This document shows positions 47,142-60,600 of a stretch of 64,000 nucleotides of DNA, piece after piece. Origin of the DNA: Fistulifera solaris (Eukaryota); assembly GCA_030295235.1 (NCBI GenBank), contig AP026141.1, forward strand, positions 496,001-560,000, given 5' to 3'. The notes below the pieces were generated by a model that saw only the letters and a program-made list of their open reading frames with translations, was not told where the DNA came from and searched no databases. The translations under genes were made by a program, and so were the position numbers. The first letter of the stretch is position 1, and the number at the start of each line of letters is the position of its first letter.

Positions 47142-50100
47142 TCAAACAAGATTGCCTTGTGAATCCGACTGTGTACTGCTGGTGGTGTCGATGCTACTTG
47201 TATCGTAGGAGAGAAGACGGGTAGCAGGAGCTCCAATCCACACACTGTCGGACTCGATAACCTCTCCCGTCATGGCGAGACCCTTCTCAAGAATCATGGA
47301 ATTATCTTCCATGCAGACACCTTGTTGAATTCGTGACCTCGAACGAAGTGTAACATTATTGCCCATTACGATCTTCGATAGCTCGAAGTTTCCTCGAGTA
47401 TTCAAGTGACAAACAATCGAGGCACAGTCGATAACGCAGCGGTCTCCCATCTCAACAAGATCCGGCTCGGGCATGTAAGGATCGCCGCCTGCAGGGTACA
47501 AACAACAATCGCGGCCTGCTTTCAGTCCGAGAGCCCGGAAGAAAAAGGTCATCAACGGCGAACCCGAAAATAGATCCATGATGTTCATCCGCCCATTGTG
47601 TCGCACAGTCGATATGATTTGATACAACTCCCAGCGTTGGCCGTAGCTGCAAGTATCGTAGTTATAGCGCCCTTCCTCTCTTTGCCCCATGAGCCCCCAC
47701 TTTGACGACACCTCAACGGCAAACCATATCAGGACACTGAAAAAATGAGTGAACACAAAAGCGATCAAAACTACCAGATACATCGAGGACGAGGAAATTT
47801 CAGCTCCTGAGTAATCACGTTCGATCAAGCTCCATCCGAAGAAGTAGCCAGCCGCCAACTGAGTTGCCACCAGTATGGGCCTGTGTAGAAGGTCATGACA
47901 GTGAGTCTAAAGCTTATTGGCAAAGAGAAGTGTAACTCTCGAACGAAATGATACTTACATGGTGTGGAGAGCGGCATTCGCAACACGGGTTACGATTGTG
48001 AACAAAATTATCATCCAGGTCGGCCAAACGCAGTAAGGGGCTTCGTTGTTGTAGACCGCTCTCCCAAATGGGCGCAATGTTGTCTCATCTCCATGAAACT
48101 GTAATGTACTCGGTTTCACGTCACATGAGTTGACCACATGACTTGACGCTTCTAGTCCTTTTTCGAGAAGGACAGGTTCGCCACATCGTGAGCCGAACCA
48201 TACACTCTGTTCCGGTAAATATCGCCCAGCCGGACAAACAGAGTTTGACCCAAGTACTGCATTTTTTCCTATAATGCCGCCGGGTAGAACAACCGTGTTG
48301 TCAGAAACATTCGCTCCGGCGCAAAGGACTATTTTCTCGCACGAGTCTGTTGTTGTACTTAGAAGACAAGATCGTGATCCAAACACAACGTCATCCCCTA
48401 TTTCAAGTAGATCGAACTCCCCCGTGAAAATCGGCTGATGACCAGGCCAGAAGACACGTTTCCCTATCTTTGCCCCGAGTAAGCGGTAAAGGATGCTAAC
48501 TAATTCGTAGTGTCGTCCCAAAATTTCAGTGCAGTCCTGCATACTCTCTCGTGTGAAAATGTTCGCCGCAAGATGATGACGAACCACTTCCCATTCAGAG
48601 GTAGGATCTCGTGGACCTGGCCTGAATTTTCCAATGATGAATCTTTTGACCAAAATGGCGCATATCATGTAGACAAGAGGGGCGACAATAGCGCGAACGA
48701 CTCGAATTCCGATGAAAAAGGTATTCTTCTAACATCACAGAGCCATTCCATCAAATCATTCATCGTATCGAAGGGCTCATCGTGATGCCAAGGCATGGTA
48801 ATCATCCAGTACAAGATGGCGAAAGCCGGGATATGCGAAATGGTGGTGACAAAGAATTTGATGGGCCATATTAGAAAGATTTGAGAAGTCAAATAAGGTT
48901 CAGGAAGAGCCTCTCGGTTGTATCGCAGGTTGTCAGAATCAGGCGAAGCGCTTATTTCATAGCTCGAAGTAGCTGGACCTAGATGTCTCCCGTCTGGTAC
49001 CTCTGTATTAGGGGCTACAACGGATCTTATGCCGACGCTGGCTTGGTTTCCGACCCGCACAGGACCGAGTATCACGCAACCATTATCGACGCCGAAAGCC
49101 CGAACAGTCGAGTATTCGATGGCCGCTTCGTCTCCGATTGTTACTAAGTCGTATTCAGCTACATCGGCAGCAGAACTGATTCTCGCGTTCTTTCCGATCT
49201 TTGCTCCGAGAGCACGGTAGTAAAAGTTGAGCATCGCCGCATTAGATCCCCAAATACCGCGGCCGATCATCTTTCTGAAGATTTCTACTATCCACCAACG
49301 AAGATAATATGATCCCCAGATACCATATCTGCCCGCCTTGTACCTGCCGATGATTGACCACTTGATTAGAACAAAGATCCATGGTGTAACTGTCACCCAG
49401 AAGAAATGAAAGAACACTAGAGTAAAGATGATCTTGTACAAATTGCGTTCACCGGGTACAAATAGAAGTATCCAGAGGAGACAACGAAAGAAGAGGAAAA
49501 ATCTTGTCAAGTACCAAACGGGGTACAGTACCGTGATCGGAAGTAGTTGAAATGATGCAGAGAAGAAAGTGTTGCTTGGTTCTATACGGCTTGGATCGAA
49601 GGAAGCACGTGAAAGATTGAGGTCCTTTGAAAACTGCGAAGAAGCAGCAATAGACGCAGGGTCTGTTGTTGACCGTGACTGCGGGTTTGTTATTGCCTCT
49701 CCCCGGCGTTCACGGATTACGTCCGAAATAGTAAGGCAGGTCGGATGATGGAAGACTTCGGCTCCGCCGAAAGGAATGTCGTACATTTTTCGGATTCGAC
49801 TTGCCAGCTGCGACGCCAGCATTGAACTCCCCCCTGTATTGAAAAAAATTGGAGTCTGGTGCAGGCAAGCAGTCTAAGTCAAGCAACATCTGAAATAGTT
49901 CTTGTAACTCTGAGACCAATGAATCAGTCGGGCCATGCCCCGAGTTGGATTCTTCTTGCAAGATGGAAACAATTGCATCAGATGGCTGTGGGGGATTTAG
50001 CTCTGCGGATGCAACGGGTTCATTCAGTTTACACACATGGCTCGGTACGGCATAGCCATCGATCAGGTCCTGCGCAACACGGACAACTGTCGGTGGGTCC

Positions 50101-52058
50101 AGATTGTATACATGTGCTACCAATGCTCCGTATTTTGTCGGGTGTGGAACAACAACAAGATCCTGATGTTCGCCCTTTAGCAGCGCATCTCGAAGTGTCT
50201 GTTGCACGTCTTGCGCATTGACTGAAACTTGTGCACAGGGTATCGCGACAAGAACAGATGTGCCTAATGGTGGACAGGTGGCCTTAAAGGTTCGCTCGAT
50301 AGGAAGCATTGAATCGTGCAGCTCGGGCAGACTTAATCGCTGTCCTAGTTTGACCCGGAGAATCTTGTTTGTATGCGATTTTGGAAGGGTGTCCATGTAG
50401 ACTACACACTGCGGCCACTTGGGCGCCGCAAGACGACCATCTCCCAAGTATTTGTGTAGAGCGGGAAGATCCAAACGGGGTTTGTTTGGGTATGGTACCA
50501 TTACCAGTCCAACAACCTCTTGTAACAGGGAATGCTTTGCCGAGAATGCGACACAAGCGGCCACTAACGGGTGCCCATTAATAGCTTCTTCGACTTCTAT
50601 GGGACTAATGATTTCGCCGCCGCGATTGATGACTTCTTTCGCCCGTCCTGTGATGTAAAGGTATCCGTCAGCATCCATATATCCTAAGTCTCCGGTATTG
50701 AACCAACCCCCTGGAAGGAAGGATACAATTTTCTCCGAAGGACACGATTGCAAAGCCCCGTATCCGCGAAAGAGTGGTTCGGACCGCACACAAATTGGGC
50801 CTTCTTTTCCAGCTGCAAGAGGCCTTTGAGTCTTTAAATCCAAAATAGCAAGCTCAGGACCTACAGCTACTCCACTAGTTCCTGGTTTTTCGAGTTGGTA
50901 ATCCGCTGGAGGTGATGTAATCGGCATACATTCTGTCATGCCGTACGACGGCAACACATTTGCACCGAACGCATTCCTGAGCTGTCGCGCCAGTGATGGC
51001 AATAGTCCACCAGCCGCATTGGCGATCATTCGAAGCTTCTTAGGCGACACGGCTCCATCAACAAGATAGCCCTCTGTTACTCCGGTTTGTAAGATTAGCT
51101 GATGCATAGTCGGAGCAGCATAGTACCACGTAAAAGACGGCGCGCCATCCTGGAGAAGTATCTGCCAAAAAAGACCAGGATCGAAGGAAGGACAGCAAAT
51201 CACGCATCCACCTGAAAAGATGGGAGAAAACACTTGTCGAATAATGCCGCCCACGTGGAATAAAGGCATCAGGTTGCAGTTCGTATCGTGCGGCGTCAAC
51301 TTCCATGAGAGCGAGATGCAAGTCGTTGCAACAACAACATCCGCCAGTAGATGGGGAACAAGCTTTTTAGAACCCGTAGTTCCTGACGTAAAGAGAATTA
51401 GTACTTCATCATTGTGCTGATTCGCTTGAAATCGTTTGTCCGAATCGTAATCGTACTCTCTTGCTTGTAGACCAAACTTATCTTTGCATCGATGTGGCGG
51501 CCCTGATAATCGACATGATGGCGCCTCCAGTCGGAACAAACCTGCCCACTTGGTATCTGGAAATAATCCTATAAATGGAATTTTTAGCTTTTCTGAAAGC
51601 TTTTGCGAAAGATCACTTTCTCGCAATCCTATTATGAGATCAGCCCCAGAAGTGAACAGATCGGCTTCAAGCTCTTGTTCGGCACCAAAGGCATTCAGCG
51701 GCACGCAGCTCGCCCAGGTCGACGTCACAAGAATCGCGAGTGCTAGTTCTGGTCCGTTCGGCAAAACGACAGCGATTCGATGACCTCGACCTACACCAAG
51801 ACTTTTGAAGACATTTCCACTTGTTGTGATGCATTCATTGATTTGGTCAGTTGTAATCGGTTTTCGCCCATCAGTCGAGGCGAGCGCAGGCTTGTGCACT
51901 CCGAGCGGCAGCGCTGATAGTAAGTCGGGAAAATGAGGAAGTATTTCCTGAGCAACTTGTCGGCCCGATATGCTTCCATTAGGTTGCAACAAGTGCTGTG
52001 ACTTCTGAATCAGTGGGGCGACAGTCAACTCGGCGTCTTTTGTATCGAAAGATTTCAT
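47142..52058 (-). CDS. NRPS-like enzyme with Pls (poly-lysine synthetase)-type architecture: adenylation - thiolation - 3x (TM + beta-helix-like) terminal domain
   Basis: A domain: FTSGTTGSKK, SYGMTEC, FNTGDLG, GRAKEVINRGG, PKSHTNK. T domain: DSNFFNTGGSSMLA after correcting a homopolymer at ~49845. Three repeats of KW..IG...G.Y / R.LG.K.G / DL..IGD. Second indel at ~48717; intron 47881-47958. Confidence 0.88.
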
Positions 52059-52675
52059 TCTGATTTGATGTAAGTTGCTTCTCACTTTGAGATCTCTCTG
52101 TTGTGTATGTGTGGGTACAAGATGAAGATTTCGTTGTTTCAAGAAGACAAAAACAAAAAGTGTGCGCAAGGCGTTGTTTTGCATGAACGCGTGAAAGGTG
52201 GATCGACGGGCTCCGCCTTCTGGGAATATTTCCGTTGCGAGCAAATCACCTATGTATTTTGTGTACAATTGTTACTACCTTAAATTTTATTTAGCAGCGA
52301 ACCGAAACTTTACATGACGTAGCTCTAAGTATTTTTTGGTACGCAATACAAAACGGAAAAGTTGTCAACGTGGTTTCTGATTTCTGACCAAAGTGTACTG
52401 AAACCATGCTTTCCATTATGTCTTACCGCTTACCGCAATTGTGACATAAACGGAATAACTTCCACGGTGGATGGACAGACCAATAGCTAAGTCTCTAGTA
52501 CTGTAGATCAGGACTAGGTAGGCAGGGAGCAGAAAGATGAAAGGGTAAGGGCAAGCAAGAGTTGCTGACTATCGAAAGCAGTCTAGGTCTATAAGAAGAG
52601 GGAACCCGCATAACCTTACAACCAAAATGATTATCACAAGAATACTTGTAGCTAAACATTCTATCATTAGACTGT

Positions 52676-53954
52676 TTATAAGTTCTTCTGCTTCAAAATC
52701 GTAATTCGGTTCATCAATAAATCAAAATCAATATGCGGTTCATAATGATGTATTGCTGCATCCACGCGATGCCTGTCTTCGGCATTTAGCTTTGCTGTAT
52801 AACCATACATGAGCTCGAGAGACTCATCAGTTTGAAAGGGTGTTATCAGAACGGGAGGAGCATTCGGCATGGTGGTGACAAAATCGGTGAGCTGATCCGA
52901 TAGTGGATAATCTGCACATCCCGTCATGAGAAGCGATGCTTGCCATCGCGGCGAGTGCTCATAATTTTGCTGTGCTTCCATGAGGAATCCTAGCAAGATA
53001 TCATTGCGAGAAGCGTGACATACAAACAGTGTCCGGCGCTGATGTCCATCGTCTATCACGGCTCGCTGATGTCGTAGCTCTTGCAAGAAGGACTCCAACG
53101 AATCAGCAACTAACTGAAGGTCTCTCCGCACACGATAATGACGAAGAGAATGCTCTCGACCTGTTAACAAATTGCCTTTCAAGAGCACTTCCAATTCCGA
53201 CAAAGCGGGGCATCCGAGAAACTGTTTGTCGGGAACAGCCCCCAGAACCGGTATATCGGGCCACTTTCGCTGCATGGCTAGCTTAAAATAGTGCATCGTT
53301 TGATCAAATTTGTCCGGCTGTACTTGATTGACAATGACCCCGGCCACAGGGACATTGTGCACTTCACAGAGCGTTAAATTCAGAGTCAACTCGTCAATAC
53401 TGCGCCCCAAACCGCCGTTGACGACCAATACCATGGGAGATCCCAGCCACGCTGCAATGTCGGCGTTACTCGCATCGACAATACTACCGACCGCGCAGTT
53501 TCCCGTTCCTTCACAAAGAATCAGTTCCGATCGCGAGGCAATATCGTTGTAGGCCTCTTTCAGTTTTTTCCTTTTGCACATCGAGCGTGATTTTGTTGTC
53601 GAGATAGTCCCTTGTATAGCCCGGAGGTATAATCACCGGACTTACACTTCTCCATGGCACATGGTCCATCTGAAAATGCTCCTTAAAAAGCACGGCGTCC
53701 TTGTCGACGGCCACATCGATGCCATGTTCATGAATCACCGTACTCTTTTCGCCAATGGGTTTGATGAATCCCACTTTATTGAATTTCTTTTGCAATCCGG
53801 ACATGAGAGCCAAGCTAACGGTAGTCTTTCCAGCGTGTTGTCGAGTGGCAGCGACATAAAAGGAGGGTACAACATCATCGACATTATTACTCGATAATGG
53901 CCGATGTTGAGTTCGCTTCTTCAGCAATAATGAGAGCCTCGAAGAATATCTCAT
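52676..53954 (-). CDS. BioD-like P-loop (AAA_26) plus DRTGG-like protein, resembling the N-terminal region of phosphate acetyltransferase; frameshift at ~53566
   Basis: YVAATRQHAGKTT, GFIKPIG, ILCEGTG..VGS, GGLGRSIDEL and GVIVN; basic presequence; no Pta catalytic domain. Confidence 0.8.
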
Positions 53955-54242
53955 TCCAAAAAGCAGCCTTATTCTCGAATGTGGTGAGGAAACACGAAAG
54001 AAGGTATTTTGTTGTGGATGTGAAATGCCAATGGCTGACACGACGCAAATTCGTTTTTGTTTTGCGAGAAAGAGAGGCGACGAGAAAGTGCAAAAAGTGC
54101 CGAAAGGAACGGTCCGATTGCAGTCACGTACGGTCGTGAATGAACCTCATCGGCAAAAAAAAAGACGACGAGAGAGACTGCCTTATTTTACAAGAATAAA
54201 TATTATGATTACAATACATTTACAGAACTACTTTCAATCCGT

Positions 54243-55555
54243 TTAGTGCAAGGCATCACGAACTTGGTAAAGCACCTTCAAAACATCAAAAACGGAAATG
54301 CGCTTCATAAAGTCCTGCTCCCAACACGCTTTCATCAAGTGAATAAGCGCATCTTCTACCGTCGAGCGATTGTAAAAGAGGGGTCAATGTACGGTCGTTT
54401 CATGCCTTTTCCAATCAGTTCGTACAATCGCTCATCTTTTCCATCGTACTCGTAGTGCGGCCACATTCCCGTCAACAACATGTAATAATTGTTCCCCAAG
54501 GAATACGTATCTGACGCCTCGTTGCCGTCTTCGCAACGTAGATCTTCCGGTGCACGATAGGATCCGTCATAACAGCGCTCTGTTAAGCAATAGTCATTGC
54601 CATCCCACGTGAAGATGTGACCCTTGTTGAAATCGTTAAGCTTGATGTCCTTTCCGGAACGAAACCATTGAGGTGAATGAAAATCTCCGTGCATCATGGC
54701 ACCACCCACATATCCTTGCAGTTCGGCTAACGCTTCCGAGAATTGTATTGCCATGTCGAGCTTTTGATCCAAGGTAAGACTATTCTGACAGACCGTTTTG
54801 TCGAAGCTTTCATCGTCGGGGTCTTTGGAATCACCACCCAGTAAATCCGAAAGCACAGTATCTTCCAAACTCTCCGTCATGACCGAGCTTCCACAGTATC
54901 CATAAATATTTGCAATCCGGTTCGATGCTGTCAATGCCTCCATAATGTTAGCATCGGTGAGAGTCAACGTGAACGTTTTCGCATCAAATCGACGTCGAGG
55001 ATTGGAAAGAATGGTCGTTTTGCAAACAACATTCTCCTTGTGTAATAGCCACGCGCTGCGGTACGTTCCTCTTCCCAAGTATTCGAGTCCCCCCTGATAC
55101 AGCTCGATGTCCATGGCAATCTCATGAAATGCGTGACAGGTTGAATGCATCGCCCGAGCCCAATTGGTCCTTCGACAGGAAACATCCACGTCTTGATCCG
55201 GATCATAGTAGTCGTCCATATCTTCGTCGTCGATGGACTTTAAAAACTTTCTCCGCCATTTCGAATAGTCATCAGTTTCACGTATAGGGACTTCCGTGTG
55301 ATTGCCGGAAACATAAAAGACAGTCTGGTAGCTCTCTCTGGAACGCATCGTTGTCTCATATTGGCGAAACGTCAAGCCTCTTGGTTGACTCCATAACATC
55401 AAAGTTATTTGTAGTATCGTGGCAATGACGGTGAGAATAACCACACAGATCCGCAAAGAACGAATCGCCGGAACGCTTGGGTTCGACGCAACAGGAAAAC
55501 GATGGATTAACCTTCTTGGTGGTGCGATCCATTGCCTTTTTTGCAAAAGTGACAT
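54243..55555 (-). CDS. Secretory-pathway (type II membrane) atypical protein kinase, PKDCC/VLK-like; frameshift at ~54375
   Basis: TM anchor, LGRGTYR, VVCK, MHGDFHSPQW, KLNDFN, YRAPE and SDTYSLG; C-terminus recovered by comparison with the paralog. Confidence 0.85.
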
Positions 55556-56013
55556 TTTGGTTGATGAATGCAGCGGACGACTGAATATCAGAGTTTTCTG
55601 CAACAGATTTTACCTTCGATCACAAGTCTTGCGAGCGCATTCATTTATTTTATTTATTATCAAAAGACCTCCAGATGATAGATGATGGCTTTGCATGATA
55701 ATGAAACAACTTATAACACGAGAAAAACGGTTTTCTTGTCGTGCGAAAGACGAGACAAAAGGCGAGCGGCACGTGGTTTTACGTTAGAATAGTTATCGGA
55801 ATGACACGTGCCACGTACCGCCCCCATCATTTTGCGGACCCACATTGTACTTTAGTATAATATTCAAAGTACTGAGTACATCAACTAACATGACGTAGTA
55901 CAGTCCTGTGTGACGTATTGTTTGCCCAGCTAGGGATCAAGGGGAAATCACGTTGGGAACTTAGTCCTTGGCCCAGCTGTTCACTTCAGCTCAGACCCAT
56001 TGCTCTCAACAAC

Positions 56014-57333
56014 TTAACTCTGCGATAGACCACCTTGATCGCGAACACGGTAAAGTTCCTTTAAAACATCGAAAACGGAAATGCGCTTCATAAAGTCCTG
56101 CTCCCAACACGCTTTCATCAGAAGAATCAGCGTATCTTCTACCGTCGAGCGATTGTAAAAAGAGGGGTCAATGTACGGTCGTTTCAAACCTTTTCCAACC
56201 ATTTTGTAGAGATCTTTTCGTTCGCCTTGGTACTCATAATGCGGCCACATTCCGGTCAACAACATGTAAAAGTTGTTGCCCAAGGAGTATGTATCTGACG
56301 CCTCGTTGCCGTCTTCGCAACGTAAGTCTTCCGGTGCGCGATAAGATCCATCATAGCAACGTTCTGTTAAGCAATAGTCATTACCATCCCACGTGAAGAT
56401 ATGTCCCTTGTTAAAGTCGTTGAGTTTCATGTCCTTTCCGGAACGAAACCATTGAGGTGAATGAAAATCTCCGTGCATCATGGCACCGCCGACATATCCT
56501 TGCAGTTCGGCTAACGCTTCCGAGAACTGTATCGCCATGTCCAGTTTTTCATCCAAAGTAAGACTATTTTGACAAACCGTTTTGTCAAAGCTCTCATCGT
56601 CGGGGTCTTTGGAATCACCACCCAGTAAATCCGAAAGGACAGTGTCTTCTAAACTCTCCGTCATGACAGACGAACCACAGTACCCATAAATATCGGTTAT
56701 TCGATTTGATGCTGTCAATGCCTCCATGATATTGGCATCGGTGAGGATCTGAGTGAACCGTTTCGCATCAAATTGTAATTCCGGGTCCGCTAAAATAGAC
56801 GTTTTGTAAACTACATTCGCCGGTCGGAACCACCACGCATCGCGATACGTTCCAGTTCCCAAGTGCTCGATTTGTTGTTCAAACAAGGCTTCGTGGAAAG
56901 CAATTTCATGAAAGACGTGACACGTCGAATGCACCGTCCGAGCCCAGTTGGTGCGGCGACAACGGACGCGAACATCTTCGTCCGGATCATACTCTTCCTC
57001 CAGATCGGGATCATCGATCGATTTCATAAAGGCTTTGCGCCATGTGGCATAGTCATCACGAATGAGGATCTCGGTGAAATTATTGCCCGGTTCGTAGAAA
57101 ACAATGTTGTATCGTTCGTTCGTCCTTTTGGAAGAAGAGCGCCGCATCCACTGATACATCTGATGATCACGATGCGTCAAATCTCTCTGTTGAGTTGATT
57201 TTGTAAATCTTTGATGCAGTAGTATTGTTGATAGGATACAGAACGAAAAAATGACACCCAGTCGCAACGAGGCGGTTGAGGTTGAGACAAGATAATTCGA
57301 TGTCGGCCTAACTCGTTTTCGCACTACTGGCAT
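56014..57333 (-). CDS. Secretory-pathway atypical protein kinase, tandem paralog
   Basis: Same motifs (LGTGTYR, VVYK, HGDFHSPQW, NDFN, YRAPE); intact 439-aa ORF. Confidence 0.88.
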   Translation of the reverse strand: MPVVRKRVRPTSNYLVSTSTASLRLGVIFSFCILSTILLHQRFTKSTQQRDLTHRDHQMYQWMRRSSSKRTNERYNIVFYEPGNNFTEILIRDDYATWRKAFMKSIDDPDLEEEYDPDEDVRVRCRRTNWARTVHSTCHVFHEIAFHEALFEQQIEHLGTGTYRDAWWFRPANVVYKTSILADPELQFDAKRFTQILTDANIMEALTASNRITDIYGYCGSSVMTESLEDTVLSDLLGGDSKDPDDESFDKTVCQNSLTLDEKLDMAIQFSEALAELQGYVGGAMMHGDFHSPQWFRSGKDMKLNDFNKGHIFTWDGNDYCLTERCYDGSYRAPEDLRCEDGNEASDTYSLGNNFYMLLTGMWPHYEYQGERKDLYKMVGKGLKRPYIDPSFYNRSTVEDTLILLMKACWEQDFMKRISVFDVLKELYRVRDQGGLSQS

Positions 57334-57620
57334 GATTGTTGATTGAATATTATTCAGCGGTATCTATTGTTCTCGTTGCTCAGAATTTAAAAAGGTAGAT
57401 GGTAACAACGTAAAAATAATTACTTTCAAATGGAACGTTACGCCGTATATTACGCGCGAGATAATAAAAGCAACGACATGCTTATTGAGCGCCGACTGTA
57501 CGCTGTACGAGTTCTAGGCCGTACTTGTCACTTTTCATCATCTTTTAACTAAAATTGACGCAAATAGAGGGAACTCTTATAGCAGTAGCAGAGTGATTAG
57601 CGATTATTGTTTTTTGTTGA

Positions 57621-60600
57621 CTAAAGTATGAGTGGCTTTCGTTTCGATTGTTGCTTACTGTCTTCGCTGTATTTCCACCGACCGACGGCTTTCAAGACCT
57701 CTTCTAGAATCAAGATAGGAGCTGCCCAGCTGAGAACTGTCACCCAATTATCCAAAGAAAGAGGTACCAACCCGAAGCTCTCCCCGATCTTGGGAAAGCC
57801 AAGACTGGAACTGTATACGACAAACAGATGCAAGAGAGAAGGAACCGCGACACCGGCCAGCAACCACGGGTTACTTTGTGGTCCAACGCGAAAGAGCGAC
57901 TGGTCTACCGAAACCGCGGAGAGTGCTTTGAACATCTCCATGGTCACCAACGTTGTAAGCGATAACGTTTGTGGTAACATGCGTCCCGAACCCTGGAAGA
58001 GTTCCGTACACGTGGTGGCGCCCTGCGGACTCCAAAATTGTCCACATTGGCTCCAGGACGACAGTTCACTAAGACTGATCCCCTGAGCGAGATAATGCTG
58101 AGCAAATACTGCAATGGTCGCCAATCCGACATACATTCCGGTAATACAGTAGCGCAAAAACAACCATTTCGTCATGATGGGTTCATCGCTCGGACGAGGT
58201 GCGGCGTCCATCAAACCGGGCGCCGGTGGATTGAAGCCTAACGCGGTAGCGGGTGGACCATCGGTGACCAGGTTGACCCACAAGAGATGCATCGCCGTCA
58301 AAGGTTCCGGGAAACCAGCTAGAGTGGCAAAGAAAATGGCGCAGATTTCTCCAATGTTGCAGCTAATGAGAAAACAAATGAATGATTGCATATTGGCGTA
58401 AATACGACGTCCCTCTTCGATTGCTGTAACGATGGTAGAAAAGTTGTCATCGGCTAGAATCATGTCGGCTGCTTCTTTTGCAACTCTGAAGGTAATGATG
58501 ATTATTAGGCGATGAACGGACTTCAAGGTTACAACATCAAGAATAACTACTTACTCGGTTCCAGTTATGCCCATGGCTAATCCGATGGAAGCTTGCTGAA
58601 GAGCAGGAGCATCTGATACAATCAAAGGTTATGTCGATGAGCGAGACTTTCAGTCGAATGCGCAAAGATAGCAACGATAACACTTACCGTTTACACCTTT
58701 TATAAAGGAAACAATAGATATACGGGAACAGTGTGAGCAACAACGCAAGAGACGCATCATCCATGGTATATAGCATATCACCTACCGTCGCCTGTCATTG
58801 CTGTGATTTCACTCAGAGAAGACTGTAAATTACATAGTTAGACCCCAAACTCAATCGTCACGTCTTTCAGTTTCATGCACTTACTTGCAACATCTGAACA
58901 AGTTTCTGCTTGTCAGCCGGCTCTGCACGACAAAACACAATATTATCTTCGCTAAGAATTTTTAGCTGTTCATTTTTCGGTTTGAGAAAGAATTCACGGC
59001 CTTCAAACGCTTTAATGGGACTGCCATCATCTTCGGAAGGAAAGATATTCACATCACGCGCAATTGCCACTGCCGTATCACGCGCATCGCCGGTAATCAT
59101 GAGCACTCTGATCCCTGCGGCTGTGCACTGTCGAATACTTTCGGCGACTTCTGGTCTTGCGGGGTCTTTAATGCCGACAAAGCCGACCAAAGTTAAACCG
59201 CTCTCAATATGTTTGTAAGTTTCTGGCTTTGAAAGCAATGGATGTTTCGTTATATCGGCACCTGAGTCGTCGTTCAAATCGGATTGGAAGTTTTTTAAAC
59301 TATTTTCGAGCTGGTTCGTATCTTTCACCGCCAATGCAAGACACCGTAGTGGTCTTGCCGCCATGTCGGATAGTTTGATTTCAATAGCTCGGCGCATTTC
59401 ACCCGTCAGCTTGACGACTGTGCCGTCACGAAGCTTAACATTTGTGCACCGTTCTAGAAGCAGATTGGGAGCTCCTTTCACGTACAATCGGTTTCCGCTC
59501 AGTAGCCCCGAACGATAGTTACACAAAACGGACATGGACTTGCGGTCACGGCTAAACTCGAGTGTAGCAACACGCGGATACGATGATCTCCAGGCATCAA
59601 CATTCGCACTGGCAAGAATGCTAGGCGCAACATCGATATGAAGACCTTTGCGGTCCACCTTTCTTCCGTCACCATCTTCTAAATAATGTGACATGCCTCC
59701 TAGTTTCTCCGCCAAAACACAAAGCGCAGCTTCCGTCGGTTCCCCAACACGCTCAAATGGCTTGACATTGTCTTTATCTTTCTTTTCTTCTACCACTGCA
59801 TCATTTCCAATAATTTTGGCATCATTGCAGAGGGCACAAACTGCTGCTACATCTGCCACCGCTCCTTGCGGCTTGTTCATGACTTCTCGATCGCATTCAA
59901 TACCATCGACCATGCCGATGGGGGAGTACGAAACTCCTTGTATCATATGTTCGACGAGGAAATCACCACCTTTTTTCTTATCTGGCAATTGCTCCATCAG
60001 CACCAAACTGACGGCCGTCATCTCGTTCGTGGTGAGTGTCCCCGTCTTGTCGGTACAAATGACCGATGTACAACCCAATGTTTCCACCGCCGGCAATTTG
60101 CGAACAATGACATTGCGTTTCGCCATCCGTCGTGTCCCTAAACTGAGACACAAAGTAATCACGGCGGGAAGCCCTTCCGGAATGGCCGCGACACCCAAAG
60201 CCACCGATACTTTGGCATAATACAAAGCACCTTCCCACGTGGAGGAGAAGGTTGGATCATTCATTTTGGGAATCGACACGACCCACACTGCCAAACAAAT
60301 GATCGCAATGACGACCGTCAACGTCTGACCAAAATCATCCAATTTGATGGCCAATGGTGTTTTGGGTGCTACGGCTTCCGTAACACCTTGTTGAATTTTT
60401 CCAAATTGCGTGTAGACACCCGTTTGCACGACGACCGCTTGTCCCGATCCTCGTGTTACGACGGTCCCCGCATACAACATACCCTTTTGATCCTGTACAG
60501 GACGATTGGCTTCCGTCAATAATCCCTGATCGGCCGGATATTTGTTGACCGTCATGGATTCTCCCGTCAAACTCCCTTCATCGACGGCCAAGACGGCCGA

